Assembly: GCA_963710605.1 (NCBI GenBank)
Contig: CAVQBA010000006.1
Location: 448,001-512,000 of the forward strand
DNA: 64,000 nucleotides
From: an uncultured cyanobacterium
Lineage (GTDB): Bacteria > Cyanobacteriota > Cyanobacteriia > Cyanobacteriales > Cyanobacteriaceae
Direction: 5' to 3'
In this document: one piece after another, positions 21,410-31,438 of the stretch
Position numbering within the stretch: position 1 is the first letter of the stretch
Layout of the letters: the number at the start of each line of letters is the position of its first letter
The notes under the pieces: generated by a model
Database searches by the model: none
Told to the model about the DNA's origin: nothing
The model's input: the letters and a program-made list of their open reading frames with translations, nothing else
Position numbers and translations under genes: made by a program

Positions 21410-24400
21410 GTGAAAGAATAACTTTACTAGAAAAAATCAAGACCACAGATTTCGACTTAGCCGATCGTCATCTCCAGCGTTGGCGATCGCAAAAACCTTT
21501 GACAGATGAGAATTATTATGCACAGAAATTGTCCCAAGAGGGATTAACAGAGAATGAATTTATGAGGATATTGGGGGAATCAGATGATTCTTTAGCCCAA
21601 CGTTGTGCTAGTCCAGATTGGTTAGATAAGTTAATTCAAGATTTTGAGGTTGAAGAGATTGCTAAGGTGAAGATTGCCCCTGTAGAAACTTTAAGCGACA
21701 ATCGATTAAATTTAGGGTTTTTGCATTTAGTGAAACCATTATTAAATCAAGCCCTAGTAAGTTTAGAGGTAGGAATCGAAAAATTAGGAAAAAATACTCC
21801 CTTCGCCCCAGAGAAAATTAAGGGAATTTTATCGGCTAAAATTCCAGAGCAATTATTGGGAATAGTTAGTCAAACAATGGTTTTAGAGTTAAATGTTGCC
21901 AGATTAGAAGGAAAATTATTGGGAGAAACTACGAGGGAACGTTTAATCGATTTTCTGCACAAATTAGAGCAAAAACAATCTTCTTTAGAGATACTTCAAG
22001 AATATCCAGTCTTAGCACGACAAATAGTGATTTATCTAGAACAGTGGGTAGAAGTAAGTTTAGAATTTTTAGAGCGTCTTTGTCAGGATTGGGAACTAAT
22101 TTGCGATCGCTTTAGTGGTGATTCTCCCCTTGGTATGTTAGTGAAAATACGATCGGGTGCAGGAGATTCCCATAAAAAAGGGCGATCGGTTTTTATTTTA
22201 GAATTTAGTTCTGGATTAAAACTAGTTTACAAACCCAAATCTTTAGGGATAGACGAGCATTTACAAGAGTTACTAATCTGGTTAAACCAACAAGGATTAG
22301 AGTTGCCATTTGCGATCTTAAAGATACTTAATCGAGGTGAGTATGGCTGGGTAGAATTTGTCGAAGCCAAAAGTTGTACCTGTATCGAGGAAGTTGAGCG
22401 ATTTTATCAACGAATGGGCAGTTATTTGGCTTTGATGACAGCTTTAGAAGCAACGGATTTTCACCTGGAGAATATTATCGCCCGTGGGGAAACTCCTGTT
22501 TTGATTGATTTAGAAACCCTATTTCGTCCCGAACGTCTCGATCGTAATTCCCCAGAATCTCGTTTAATAGCGAATCAAAAAATAGGTCAATCGGTGATGG
22601 CAGTAGGATTATTACCACAGAGAATAGCGGTCAAAGATGGTTCAGGGGGTTTTGATTCTAGCGGATTAGGTGCAGTGGGAGGTCAAGTTCTACCCACTCG
22701 TACTGCTGAATTAACAGGGATGGGAACGGATCGAATGCAAGTAGAACGAAAGTTTGCGACTTTATTAGAGAGTCAAAATCTTCCTTATTTAGGAGAAAAA
22801 CCTGTGGAAGTCTGGACTTATCGAGAGAATATTGAAGCAGGATTTATTGAAACTTATCGCTTATTACTAAACCATCGAGATTTATTCCTAAAACTTTGGC
22901 TACCTAAATTTGCTAATGACGAAATTAGGGTAGTTTTGCGAGATACAAGGTTATATGGATTATTATTACAAGAGAGTTTTCACCCCGATGTTTTAAGAAA
23001 TGCCCTCAATCGCGATCGCCTTTTCGATCGTCTTTGGATTGATGTTCCTAATCACCCTAGTTTAGCAAATGTGATTCGATTGGAACAAAAAGCTCTTTGG
23101 CAAGGAGATGTACCTTTCTTTTCTACTCAGGTAAATAGTCGAGATATTTGTGGAGAAGGGGAAAAACTCAGTAATTTTTTTGATAAATCAGGCTTAGAAC
23201 GAGTAAAAAATCGATTTAAACGTTTAAGTGAAAAGGATTTAGAAGAACAACTCTGGTTTATCAGAACATCGTTAACCAGTTTAGCCATGTCGGTGTCAAC
23301 TAAACCTAAAAAAATAACAGATAAGGTGCAAGAATCAGAAAAAATTGAGAATTGGGAACTACTTCAAGCTCGATTATTAGCAACATCTGAGAAGATTGCC
23401 TCTCGTTTGGAATCGTTAGCAATTCGAGCCGAAAATCAAGCAAGTTGGATTGGTTTAACTTCAGCAGGAGAAAAACATTGGACAGTCAAACCCTTAGCTT
23501 GGGATTTATTTGGCGGACTTCCCGGAATTGCTCTATTTTTTGCCTATTTAGGAGAAGTCACCCAAAAACAAAAGTACACCAAATTAGCGAAAGATACCTT
23601 AGAAACTATCTTAATTCAGACCGATTTCGATCGAGATTTAATCACTTCTGTGGGGGGTTTTGATGGCTGGGGAGGAATTATTTATACTCTTACCCATTTA
23701 GGAAATTTGTGGCAACAACCAGAATTAGGCGATTTGCTTGCAGCAGCGCTTCGCTCCCGTGCTTTAGCATTGGTCAAAAAATTATCTCCTCTAATTGCTA
23801 AAGATGAACAATTAGATATTGTAGCTGGTTGTAGTGGCTGTATTTTAGCTCTAATTAATCTCTACGATTGGGTTCAAGATGAAAATATTAAAACTGTGGC
23901 AATTCAATGTGGCGATCGCTTAATTGAAAAAGCCATTACCATGAAAAAAGGAATCGGATGGGGGACAATTGCCAATCAAAAACCTCTGAGTGGTTTTTCT
24001 CACGGAGTTGCGGGTATTTCTCTAGCTTTATTAAAATTAGCCACTTTTACAGGAGATGAACGTTATCAAAAAATAGCTCTAGAAGCATGGGAATACGAAC
24101 GTAGTCTTTTTTCTGTTACCGAAAAAAATTGGCACAATAGCGAACAAGACCAAGAAAACTTGGCAGTTGCTTGGAGTTATGGAGCAACAGGAATTGGTTT
24201 AGCCCGTTTAGGTAGTATTTCTCAGGTAAAAACAACGCAAGTTAATTTAGAAATTAATATAGCGATGGAAACTACCATAGCGTCGGGTTTTGGTAATAAT
24301 CATTCCCTCTGTAATGGAGATTTAGGTAGTTTAGAACTACTCCTACAAGCAATCAGCACCAAATCTCAACCCGAACTTACCCATACTTATTACCAAAAAA

Positions 24401-24582
24401 TTAACCAAGTACTTAATAGCATCGAACAACAAGGTTGTTATTGTGGAGTTCCCTTGGGGGTGGAAACGTTAGGATTAATGACGGGTTTAGCTGGTATTGG
24501 TTACCAACTAATTCGTTTAGCATTCGCCGATCGTATTCCTTCTTTATTATTACTTGAATCTCCCCTCAATCGCAAAATATGA
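21370..24582 (+). CDS. lanM: Class II lanthipeptide synthetase LanM (intact dehydratase, atypical cyclase)
   Basis: GDSH, YKPKS, TDFHLENIIA, IDLETLF, GLLP, RVVLRDTRLY; LanC-like GFSHGVAG and GLMTGLAGIG; GGAGA before ATG 21370. Confidence 0.93.
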   Translation: MIEFSQWYRGLNLRERITLLEKIKTTDFDLADRHLQRWRSQKPLTDENYYAQKLSQEGLTENEFMRILGESDDSLAQRCASPDWLDKLIQDFEVEEIAKVKIAPVETLSDNRLNLGFLHLVKPLLNQALVSLEVGIEKLGKNTPFAPEKIKGILSAKIPEQLLGIVSQTMVLELNVARLEGKLLGETTRERLIDFLHKLEQKQSSLEILQEYPVLARQIVIYLEQWVEVSLEFLERLCQDWELICDRFSGDSPLGMLVKIRSGAGDSHKKGRSVFILEFSSGLKLVYKPKSLGIDEHLQELLIWLNQQGLELPFAILKILNRGEYGWVEFVEAKSCTCIEEVERFYQRMGSYLALMTALEATDFHLENIIARGETPVLIDLETLFRPERLDRNSPESRLIANQKIGQSVMAVGLLPQRIAVKDGSGGFDSSGLGAVGGQVLPTRTAELTGMGTDRMQVERKFATLLESQNLPYLGEKPVEVWTYRENIEAGFIETYRLLLNHRDLFLKLWLPKFANDEIRVVLRDTRLYGLLLQESFHPDVLRNALNRDRLFDRLWIDVPNHPSLANVIRLEQKALWQGDVPFFSTQVNSRDICGEGEKLSNFFDKSGLERVKNRFKRLSEKDLEEQLWFIRTSLTSLAMSVSTKPKKITDKVQESEKIENWELLQARLLATSEKIASRLESLAIRAENQASWIGLTSAGEKHWTVKPLAWDLFGGLPGIALFFAYLGEVTQKQKYTKLAKDTLETILIQTDFDRDLITSVGGFDGWGGIIYTLTHLGNLWQQPELGDLLAAALRSRALALVKKLSPLIAKDEQLDIVAGCSGCILALINLYDWVQDENIKTVAIQCGDRLIEKAITMKKGIGWGTIANQKPLSGFSHGVAGISLALLKLATFTGDERYQKIALEAWEYERSLFSVTEKNWHNSEQDQENLAVAWSYGATGIGLARLGSISQVKTTQVNLEINIAMETTIASGFGNNHSLCNGDLGSLELLLQAISTKSQPELTHTYYQKINQVLNSIEQQGCYCGVPLGVETLGLMTGLAGIGYQLIRLAFADRIPSLLLLESPLNRKI
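23729..23754. repeat. In-frame 18-nt SDR5-like insertion in a HIP1 site inside lanM
   Basis: GCGATTTGCTTGCAGCAGCGCTTCGC, GC-rich, with HIP1 halves at both ends. Confidence 0.65.
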
Positions 24583-26725
24583 AATATCAGGTTATCCTTC
24601 AACATAATGAAGAAGATTGCGGTGCCGCTTGTTTAGCCACTTGTGCCAAATATTACGGTCAAATTTTTTCCCTCCATCGAGTTCGTGAGGTAGCAGGTAC
24701 AGGAGCTTTAGGCACTACTTTATTAAATCTTAAACAGGGGGCAAAAACTCTTTTATTTGATGCTAAGGGGGTGAAAGTTCCCCTCGAATTAATCGATCGA
24801 CAAATAATTCCTTTACCCGGTATTATTCACTGGCAAGGTATTCATTGGGTCGTTTTATACGGCAAAAAAGGTCGCAAATATGTGGTGGCAGATCCAGCCG
24901 TAGGCTTGCGTTATCTATCCAAACCAGAATTATTAAAAGGTTGGACTAATGGAGCGATGTTATTACTTGAACCTCGCCCTGAATTTTCTCACCAACTTGA
25001 CGATCGTCATAAAATTAATAATTATCAACGTTTTTTAGCTTATTTCTCGCATAAAAAGCGTCTTTTAGGGCAAGTTTTTTTGCTGAACTTGATGATTGGG
25101 ATTTTAGCTTTAACTTCCCCCTTTTTCTTACAAATTCTCACCGATGAAGTATTAGTTACCCAAGATATAACACTGCTTAATGGGGTAATTATTGCTGTTT
25201 TTATCTCTAATTTATTTAGAAGTAGTCTTAGGTTTATCCAATCCTATTTAGTAACCCATTTTTCCCAAGGTTTAGAACTTAGTTTGGTTTTAGAATTTTG
25301 CCGTTCAATTTTATTTCTGCCTTTAGCCTATTATGAATCCCATCGTAGCGGGGAAGTAGCCAGTCGTTTGCGAGATATCCAAGCAGTTAATCAACTTGTA
25401 TCTCAAGCTTTAATCCTATTACCTAGTCAATTATTTATTGCTTTAATTTCTTTAATTTTAATTTTTATATACAATCATAATCTCCTTTTTATTACCTTAA
25501 TTATTGCCATAATTATGTGTGCTTCTACTTTAATTTTTTGGAATCGAATTAAGAAGAAAACACAAAAGCTTTTAGCCTTGACAGCAGAAAATCAAGGAAT
25601 TTTAGTGGAAACTTTTAAGGGTGCAATTGTGATGAAAACTAAAAATGCTACTTCTCAATTTTTAGATGAATTTCAAGCTAGATTTGGTCGGCAAGCGAAA
25701 ATTAATTTTCAACGATCGCAAATTGCTATCTTTAATTCCACTTTTTCTGGTTTTATTTTATGGACTGGAGAAGCGATTCTACTTTGGTTTGGCAGTCAAC
25801 TGGTTTTTCAAGGCAATTTAACCATCGGTCAATTAGTTGCCTGTAATATCATGAGTAAAAACGGCTTGAGTTTTATTATTTTAATTATCGATTTTGTGAA
25901 CCAGTTAGTTTTTGTCCAATCAGCCTTAGAACGTTTGGGTGATGTCATTGATGCTACCCCCGAAGTTCAACCCAATCAAATTAAACCTAGGGTTAAATTA
26001 TTAGCCAATAGCGATATCTTAGTTGCCATGATTTAACTTTTAATCATCCTGGTAGAGTGGAACTACTCCATAATTTTAATCTTACTCTCCCTGGAGGGAA
26101 AGCGATCGCTTTGATTGGTGAATCGGGTTGTGGTAAATCAACATTAGCTAAATTGATCGCACGGTTATATTTTCCTCAAACTGGACAAATCCGCATCGGT
26201 GATTATAACCTCAATGATTTAGCCCTCGATTCTATTCGAGAACAAATTGTTTTAATTCCCCAAGAAACTCACTTTTGGAGTCGATCGATTATTGACAATC
26301 TCAGCTTAGGTAACGAGGCGATCGATTTTGCCACAATTGTTCGAGCTTGTAAAATTGCTCAAGCAGATGAATTTATTAGTAAACTTCCTAATCAATATCA
26401 AACTATATTAGGAGAATTTGGTGCCAACCTTTCTGGTGGACAAAGACAACGACTTGCCCTCGCCCTTGGTATTGTTACTAATCCGCCAATTTTGATCCTT
26501 GATGAATCTACTGCTAATCTCGATCCAGTTTGTGAAGCTGAAGTTATCGATCGTCTTCTTGATTATCGTCAAGGTAAAACTACAATTTTGATTAGTCATC
26601 GCCCTCAAGTCATTACCCGTGCTGATTGGATCGTCTTTTTGGAAGTGGGCAAAGTAAAACGACAAGGAACACCACAGCAACTATTTTCTCAATCGGGTTC
26701 TCATCTTAATTTTTTGACTCCTTAA
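24579..26725 (+). CDS. lanT: C39 peptidase-containing ABC exporter (LanT type); apparent frameshift near 26015
   Basis: QHNEEDCGAACL, HWVV, TM domain, GESGCGKS, LSGGQ, LDE; GATATC to GATC restores SDLSCHDLTFNHPGRVELL. Confidence 0.9.
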
Positions 26726-26760
26726 AAAAACTGCAAAAATAATTCCTTATTTCAAGACTC

Positions 26761-26789
26761 GTAGGGACGTAGCATTGCTACGTCCCTAC
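26761..26789. repeat. GTAG-type REP palindrome
   Basis: gtagggacgtagca-t-tgctacgtccctac, a perfect 14-bp inverted repeat. Confidence 0.85.
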
Positions 26790-26801
26790 TTAAAAAACTG
26801 C

Positions 26802-26837
26802 AAAAATGATAATCATTCTCAAAAAATACTGTATAAT
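26802..26837 (+). promoter_or_regulatory. Fur box and TATAAT -10 element upstream of lanA
   Basis: AAAAATGATAATCATTCTC (26802-26820, 16/19); TATAAT at 26832-26837; GAGGT RBS before 26886. Confidence 0.72.
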
Positions 26838-26885
26838 ATTTGCAGGACTGAAAAGTCTCCATAACTAAAAAATAACGAGGTAAAA

Positions 26886-27125
26886 ATGTCTAATATTGAT
26901 ATTATTCGTGCTTGGAAAGATGAAGATTACCGTAACAGTTTAAGTCAAGAACAATTGAATCTCTTGCCAGAAAATCCTGCGGGGATGATTGAATTAAACG
27001 ATGAAGATATGTCTTCACTTTCAGGAGGTTGTACTACCTGTACTGGTGGAACTGGATTTACCCATACCTGTAATTACTCTTGCAAAAGAGGAACTCTTGA
27101 TAGTGACGAAATGACTATTATGTAA
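26886..27125 (+). CDS. lanA: Mersacidin/lichenicidin-type leader lanthipeptide precursor
   Basis: Leader IIRAWKDEDYRNSLS...LPENPAG..ELNDEDM...GG (48 aa); 31-aa core CTTCTGGTGFTHTCNYSCKRGTLDSDEMTIM. Confidence 0.93.
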   Translation: MSNIDIIRAWKDEDYRNSLSQEQLNLLPENPAGMIELNDEDMSSLSGGCTTCTGGTGFTHTCNYSCKRGTLDSDEMTIM

Positions 27126-27190
27126 AAAAAATTCACCATCAGGAAAGCAAGAAGATTTGTCCAGCTAATTACTTTCCCTAGATGAATTTC

Positions 27191-27222
27191 AGGAGACCTA
27201 GAATTTATTTCTGGGTCTTGCC
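27191..27222 (+). terminator. Stem-loop downstream of lanA (terminator or RNA stabiliser)
   Basis: agacctagaa-ttta-tttctgggtct imperfect hairpin; no clear U-tract. Confidence 0.4.
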
Positions 27223-27257
27223 CCTAGATATAATTATAGAGAAGTCTAGATTTATTA

Positions 27258-28670
27258 ATGATTAATTTCGATGAAAAAGCTCTTTTACCAACTATTTCTG
27301 AGGAAGAATTTTTACCCTCCATTAGTCTTTGGTTGAGTTTAGGAGGGCTGGTTTTAGCTACTACGATCGTTTCAGCTTTTATTTTAGCGGCTGTGACTAG
27401 ATATAAGGTTACAGTTAAAGCGATCGCTACAGTTCGTCCCGAAGGAGAAATACAAATTGTAGAATCCACTCAAGAAGGCACTGTTAAAACCATTGAGGTT
27501 AAAGAAAATCAATTTGTGCAAACGGGGGAAACAATAGCCCTTCTAGATAAGTCCCAATTGCAACTTAAAAAATTACAGTTACAGGGTTCTTTGGAGAAGT
27601 TAAATCAACAACAAAGCCAGATTAATCAACAAATTGTGGCTTTAGATCGTCAATTGATGGCAGAAACAGAGAAATATAATCGTATTGTCCTTTCTCTTGA
27701 AGCTCAATTAGCTGGTCAAAAACGTGAATATGACGATCGTCAATCTACCACGGAAAAGGATTTAGAAGAAGCCCAAGCTGATATCAGACGAACAGAAGCA
27801 GAATTAAAAATATCCTACGCCCGTTTAGCTGCTGCCAAAGCCGATTTAAAAGCCGAGCAAGAAAGATTGAAACGATATGCCCCCTTGACTGAAGAAGGAG
27901 CAATTTCCCAAGAGCAATTGATGGAAATCAAGCTCGGTGTGGAACAAAAAGAACAAAATGTTCTGATCCAAATTCAAGAAATTGAAACAGGCAAACAAAC
28001 ACTTCAAATTGCCCAAGGAAAAGGGGAAAAAGCTAAAATTGCTTTAAATCCTAGTAACTCTGAACTAAAAATAACACAACAGGCTATTGCTAGAGAAAAG
28101 GCTGCCCTTATGGCAATACAAGCTGATTTCAAAAGGGAAAAGAATTTATCGATCGGACAAAATATTGAACTACAAAAACAAAGCGATCGTGAAAAATTGG
28201 AATTAAAACAAGTTAAAAAGCAGATTGAGCAAGGGATTATTACCGCTCCGGTTAGTGGTACAGTTCTTAAACTTTTATTACGTAACCCAAGTCAAAGGGT
28301 ACAAGCGGGTACAGAAATTGCTCAAATTTCACCCCAGAATGCTCCTTTAGCTATTAATGCTCAAATTTCGGCGGCTGATATTCATAATCTCGAAATAGGT
28401 CAAACAGCACAAATTAGAATTTCAGCTTGTCCTTATCCTGATTATGGTACTCTTTCAGGGGTGGTTAAAGAAATATCTACAGATACTTTTATCAGTAATA
28501 ACCAATCCTTTTATAAAGCTATTATTGCACCACAAAATAATGTTTTTGGTAATACCGACTCGCCTTGCATTTTACAAGCTGGAATGGAGGGGGATGTTGC
28601 TATTGTGACCAAAGAAGAGACTTTTTTAGTATTTATTTTGAGGAAAGCACGATTGGTTACAGATTTTTAA
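27258..28670 (+). CDS. HlyD-family membrane fusion protein
   Basis: N-terminal TM, VKENQFVQTGE and ITAPVSGTV hairpin halves, long coiled coil, CPYPDYGTLSG, LQAGMEG. Confidence 0.92.
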   Translation: MINFDEKALLPTISEEEFLPSISLWLSLGGLVLATTIVSAFILAAVTRYKVTVKAIATVRPEGEIQIVESTQEGTVKTIEVKENQFVQTGETIALLDKSQLQLKKLQLQGSLEKLNQQQSQINQQIVALDRQLMAETEKYNRIVLSLEAQLAGQKREYDDRQSTTEKDLEEAQADIRRTEAELKISYARLAAAKADLKAEQERLKRYAPLTEEGAISQEQLMEIKLGVEQKEQNVLIQIQEIETGKQTLQIAQGKGEKAKIALNPSNSELKITQQAIAREKAALMAIQADFKREKNLSIGQNIELQKQSDREKLELKQVKKQIEQGIITAPVSGTVLKLLLRNPSQRVQAGTEIAQISPQNAPLAINAQISAADIHNLEIGQTAQIRISACPYPDYGTLSGVVKEISTDTFISNNQSFYKAIIAPQNNVFGNTDSPCILQAGMEGDVAIVTKEETFLVFILRKARLVTDF

Positions 28671-28783
28671 TTGTATTTAAAAGAAGATTTAAAGGTGAAG
28701 AATTCATTTCCATTCTCTATTCGCTATTTTCATTTATTGATATTTCTTTTCTATATCTTGTAAGAAGCTATCAATACTATTAT

Positions 28784-30607
28784 CTATTTTCGGTTGGTTT
28801 GTTGTGGTTGTCTGTGGAGAGTTTTTACTTGTTGTGGAGGGTTGTTGTTAGTTGAAGAATCAGCACTGACAATAGCACGATTCTTTTGTTTTTTTGATCT
28901 ACTTACCAAACTCCATATATCGATAAGTATCTCTAAATATTCTTGGTGTTTTTGCTCAACTGTTGGTAGATTCCATTCGTTTTCATTAATTATTTTAATC
29001 GTGATGGGGAAAATTGTCGGATTAGTGTCTTTGAAATATTTTGTTTTTTTCTTTTCAAAATCGTAATTTTGTGCCGAAGAATTCTTTTTTCTGGAAAGTA
29101 ATGCTAAATTACCAACTCGATGTACCCATTTTGCTCTTGTTTTATCATCCCAATTTTTGCACCAATCACTATTAGGCTTAGGATTTTGTGGTAACACGTG
29201 TTCGATCGTTACCATTTTACTATCAAAACTAGGACTTAATCCACCTTCAGCTAAAGCCGAATCTAATCTCTTTAAGACATAAAGACGACTACGAGTTTGC
29301 TCATACAAATTACTATCAAGAATTTTAATTATTTTCTTTTTTTCTGGTGTTGATAACAGTTGTTTGGTTTTAGCTATCGCTTCTTCTATTCCTTGATCAA
29401 TCGCATTTAAAATTTGAGCATAACGTTTTCCTCTTTCATTAATATCTGCTCGTAAAATCATCAATCCTGCGGCGAGTCTTTCTAGTTGCTGAAAAAAAGT
29501 TTTAATTTGTTGAGAGTGATTGTAAGATTTTGCTAAAAAATAAATAGCAGGAGGTAACCAATCAGAATTATCTATCTGATTTAACCAGCCAAAAAGTCGA
29601 TTTATTTCTTGTTTATTTTGATTATTATTACAATGAAATCTTTGATCTCTAATAATTTCAAACATCTTAGAACAAGGTTTTAAAACTCGATCGATAAACC
29701 GAATTGGATCATTTTGAGGTTTAATTTTGTGGCGAAATTCTGTTAGTAAATTTTCTTTAGGTCTTTCCCTTAATTTGATACGATGAATATGAGAAAATAA
29801 AGTTTCAAAATCTTTTCTACCTATATCACTTTCTTCTCCTTCCCAAATATCGGTATATTTTTTCTTATCTGCTTCAACTTGAATATTACCGATAATTTCT
29901 GACTTGAGAATATCATTTAATTGTAAATTTAAACCACGAGTATTAATAGTTGAAAAAATACGATAAGCTGTATCAAAATCAGAAGTTGAAACAACAACTA
30001 AATAACATTTATTAAAGATGTTTTTAAATAGATGTAAAATCCATGATTCTAAAGCCGTATTCTCAGGACAACGATCGATTAATTCTTCTTTAAAAAAACG
30101 AGCATTATTTTGGAGTAAAATTTGACTATCTGTAGTTAATCCTGTGTCTATTTCTTCTTTTTCTAGAAGTTGATTAATGCCACCGCCACTACGTATTTTT
30201 TCGCCGAAAAATCGATCGTCTTGAGGGCGTAATTTTAAACCAGATAAGTTTTTTTCATTGAAATCTTCATCTTCAAGACAAGCACTTATTTTTTGATAAA
30301 TTTTATTTTCCCTTGGTACTAAGTAACGAAACACAGATAGTAAAAGTGTTAAAGTGGTTAAACGTTGTTGACCATCAATTACTTCTGCGTAGGGTTTGCC
30401 ATCCTCTTTAATTAAAATAATACTGCCAAAAAAGTAGTCTGGACTATCTTCATCAGTATAAGGAAAAGCATCTAAAAGATCATCAATTAATTCGGAGGCT
30501 TGATCTTTTGTCCAAGCATAAGGGCGTTGATAAGAGGGTATTTCAAATTGATAATTAGTTAAGTTGAAAATTTGATTAAGTTGTTTTTGAGATGCTTGAA
30601 TCGCCAT
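28784..30607 (-). CDS. DUF262-DUF1524 protein (GmrSD/SspE-like nuclease)
   Basis: IPSYQRPYAW, IDGQQRLTT, FSTINTRG, EHVLPQ...GNLALL...N (HNH). Confidence 0.9.
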   Translation of the reverse strand: MAIQASQKQLNQIFNLTNYQFEIPSYQRPYAWTKDQASELIDDLLDAFPYTDEDSPDYFFGSIILIKEDGKPYAEVIDGQQRLTTLTLLLSVFRYLVPRENKIYQKISACLEDEDFNEKNLSGLKLRPQDDRFFGEKIRSGGGINQLLEKEEIDTGLTTDSQILLQNNARFFKEELIDRCPENTALESWILHLFKNIFNKCYLVVVSTSDFDTAYRIFSTINTRGLNLQLNDILKSEIIGNIQVEADKKKYTDIWEGEESDIGRKDFETLFSHIHRIKLRERPKENLLTEFRHKIKPQNDPIRFIDRVLKPCSKMFEIIRDQRFHCNNNQNKQEINRLFGWLNQIDNSDWLPPAIYFLAKSYNHSQQIKTFFQQLERLAAGLMILRADINERGKRYAQILNAIDQGIEEAIAKTKQLLSTPEKKKIIKILDSNLYEQTRSRLYVLKRLDSALAEGGLSPSFDSKMVTIEHVLPQNPKPNSDWCKNWDDKTRAKWVHRVGNLALLSRKKNSSAQNYDFEKKKTKYFKDTNPTIFPITIKIINENEWNLPTVEQKHQEYLEILIDIWSLVSRSKKQKNRAIVSADSSTNNNPPQQVKTLHRQPQQTNRK

Positions 30608-30905
30608 GAAATATTCACATCAGTTTAATTTGATAATTTTATTTTACTCTGTCTAGTTATTTTTGTTGAGTTCTTTATAGCACATTTATTTAGAGCTAAT
30701 TAAATAACAAAATCGCCGATTATATTTCATAGTATTATAGTTAATTAATACAAATAAAAATCTATTATCTATTTTTTTATTAAGTTAGATTATGAATGTT
30801 TACTAAAGGTAAAAAATCGCCTTGAGAGCCATCTATCTTAACTAACTTTAAATATCTACTCCACTAACTATGAATAATTAAGTGAAAATTGCTCATTGTT
30901 AATTG

Positions 30906-31067
30906 TTATCTACTATTAAATTTCGCTTTGGCTTCAGTATAAATTTCTGCTGTGATTAAATCAACGCCTTTTTCAGTAGCAAATTTTTCAATCTTTTTTC
31001 TCGCACCAGGGCGGACAAAAAAAGGAATTTCTTTCAGTTTTTCTTGAGCTTCAGTTGTCCATTCCAT
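30906..31067 (-). CDS. PCP_red-domain small protein (53 aa)
   Basis: MEWTTEAQEKLKEIPFFVRPGARKKIEKFA...; below the ORF-track cutoff. Confidence 0.85.
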   Translation of the reverse strand: MEWTTEAQEKLKEIPFFVRPGARKKIEKFATEKGVDLITAEIYTEAKAKFNSR

Positions 31068-31198
31068 ATTGTGTTAATTAGTCTATATATAATTGTTTGA
31101 ATTAATCAGAAAATCAGAATTATTTTAATTGATGTCGATCGAGATGAGAAGAACTAAAATTATTTAATTTGATTTTAACAGTTATTTATTGATGATAA

Positions 31199-31438
31199 CT
31201 ATTTATCATTTGGTTTTGACTCTGGTTTAGCTGACTTATTGTAAGCTTTAGCTGATGCTTTTGTCCAATAGACTACAGCGATCGTAAATGGGATTGTAGC
31301 CGCCCCCATACCTGTTATCAAAGAGTGATTTTGGGCAAAAGGAGAGATTAGGAAAAAAGCAAGAATACCCAAACAATAAATTAAACCTAAAAAGGGTAAG
31401 CCGATAACTAAAATAGCGAAACGTGTATCTTTGTCCAT
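31199..31438 (-). CDS. Small two-TM hypothetical protein
   Basis: MDKDTRFAILVIGLPFLG..., two hydrophobic segments. Confidence 0.7.
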   Translation of the reverse strand: MDKDTRFAILVIGLPFLGLIYCLGILAFFLISPFAQNHSLITGMGAATIPFTIAVVYWTKASAKAYNKSAKPESKPNDK

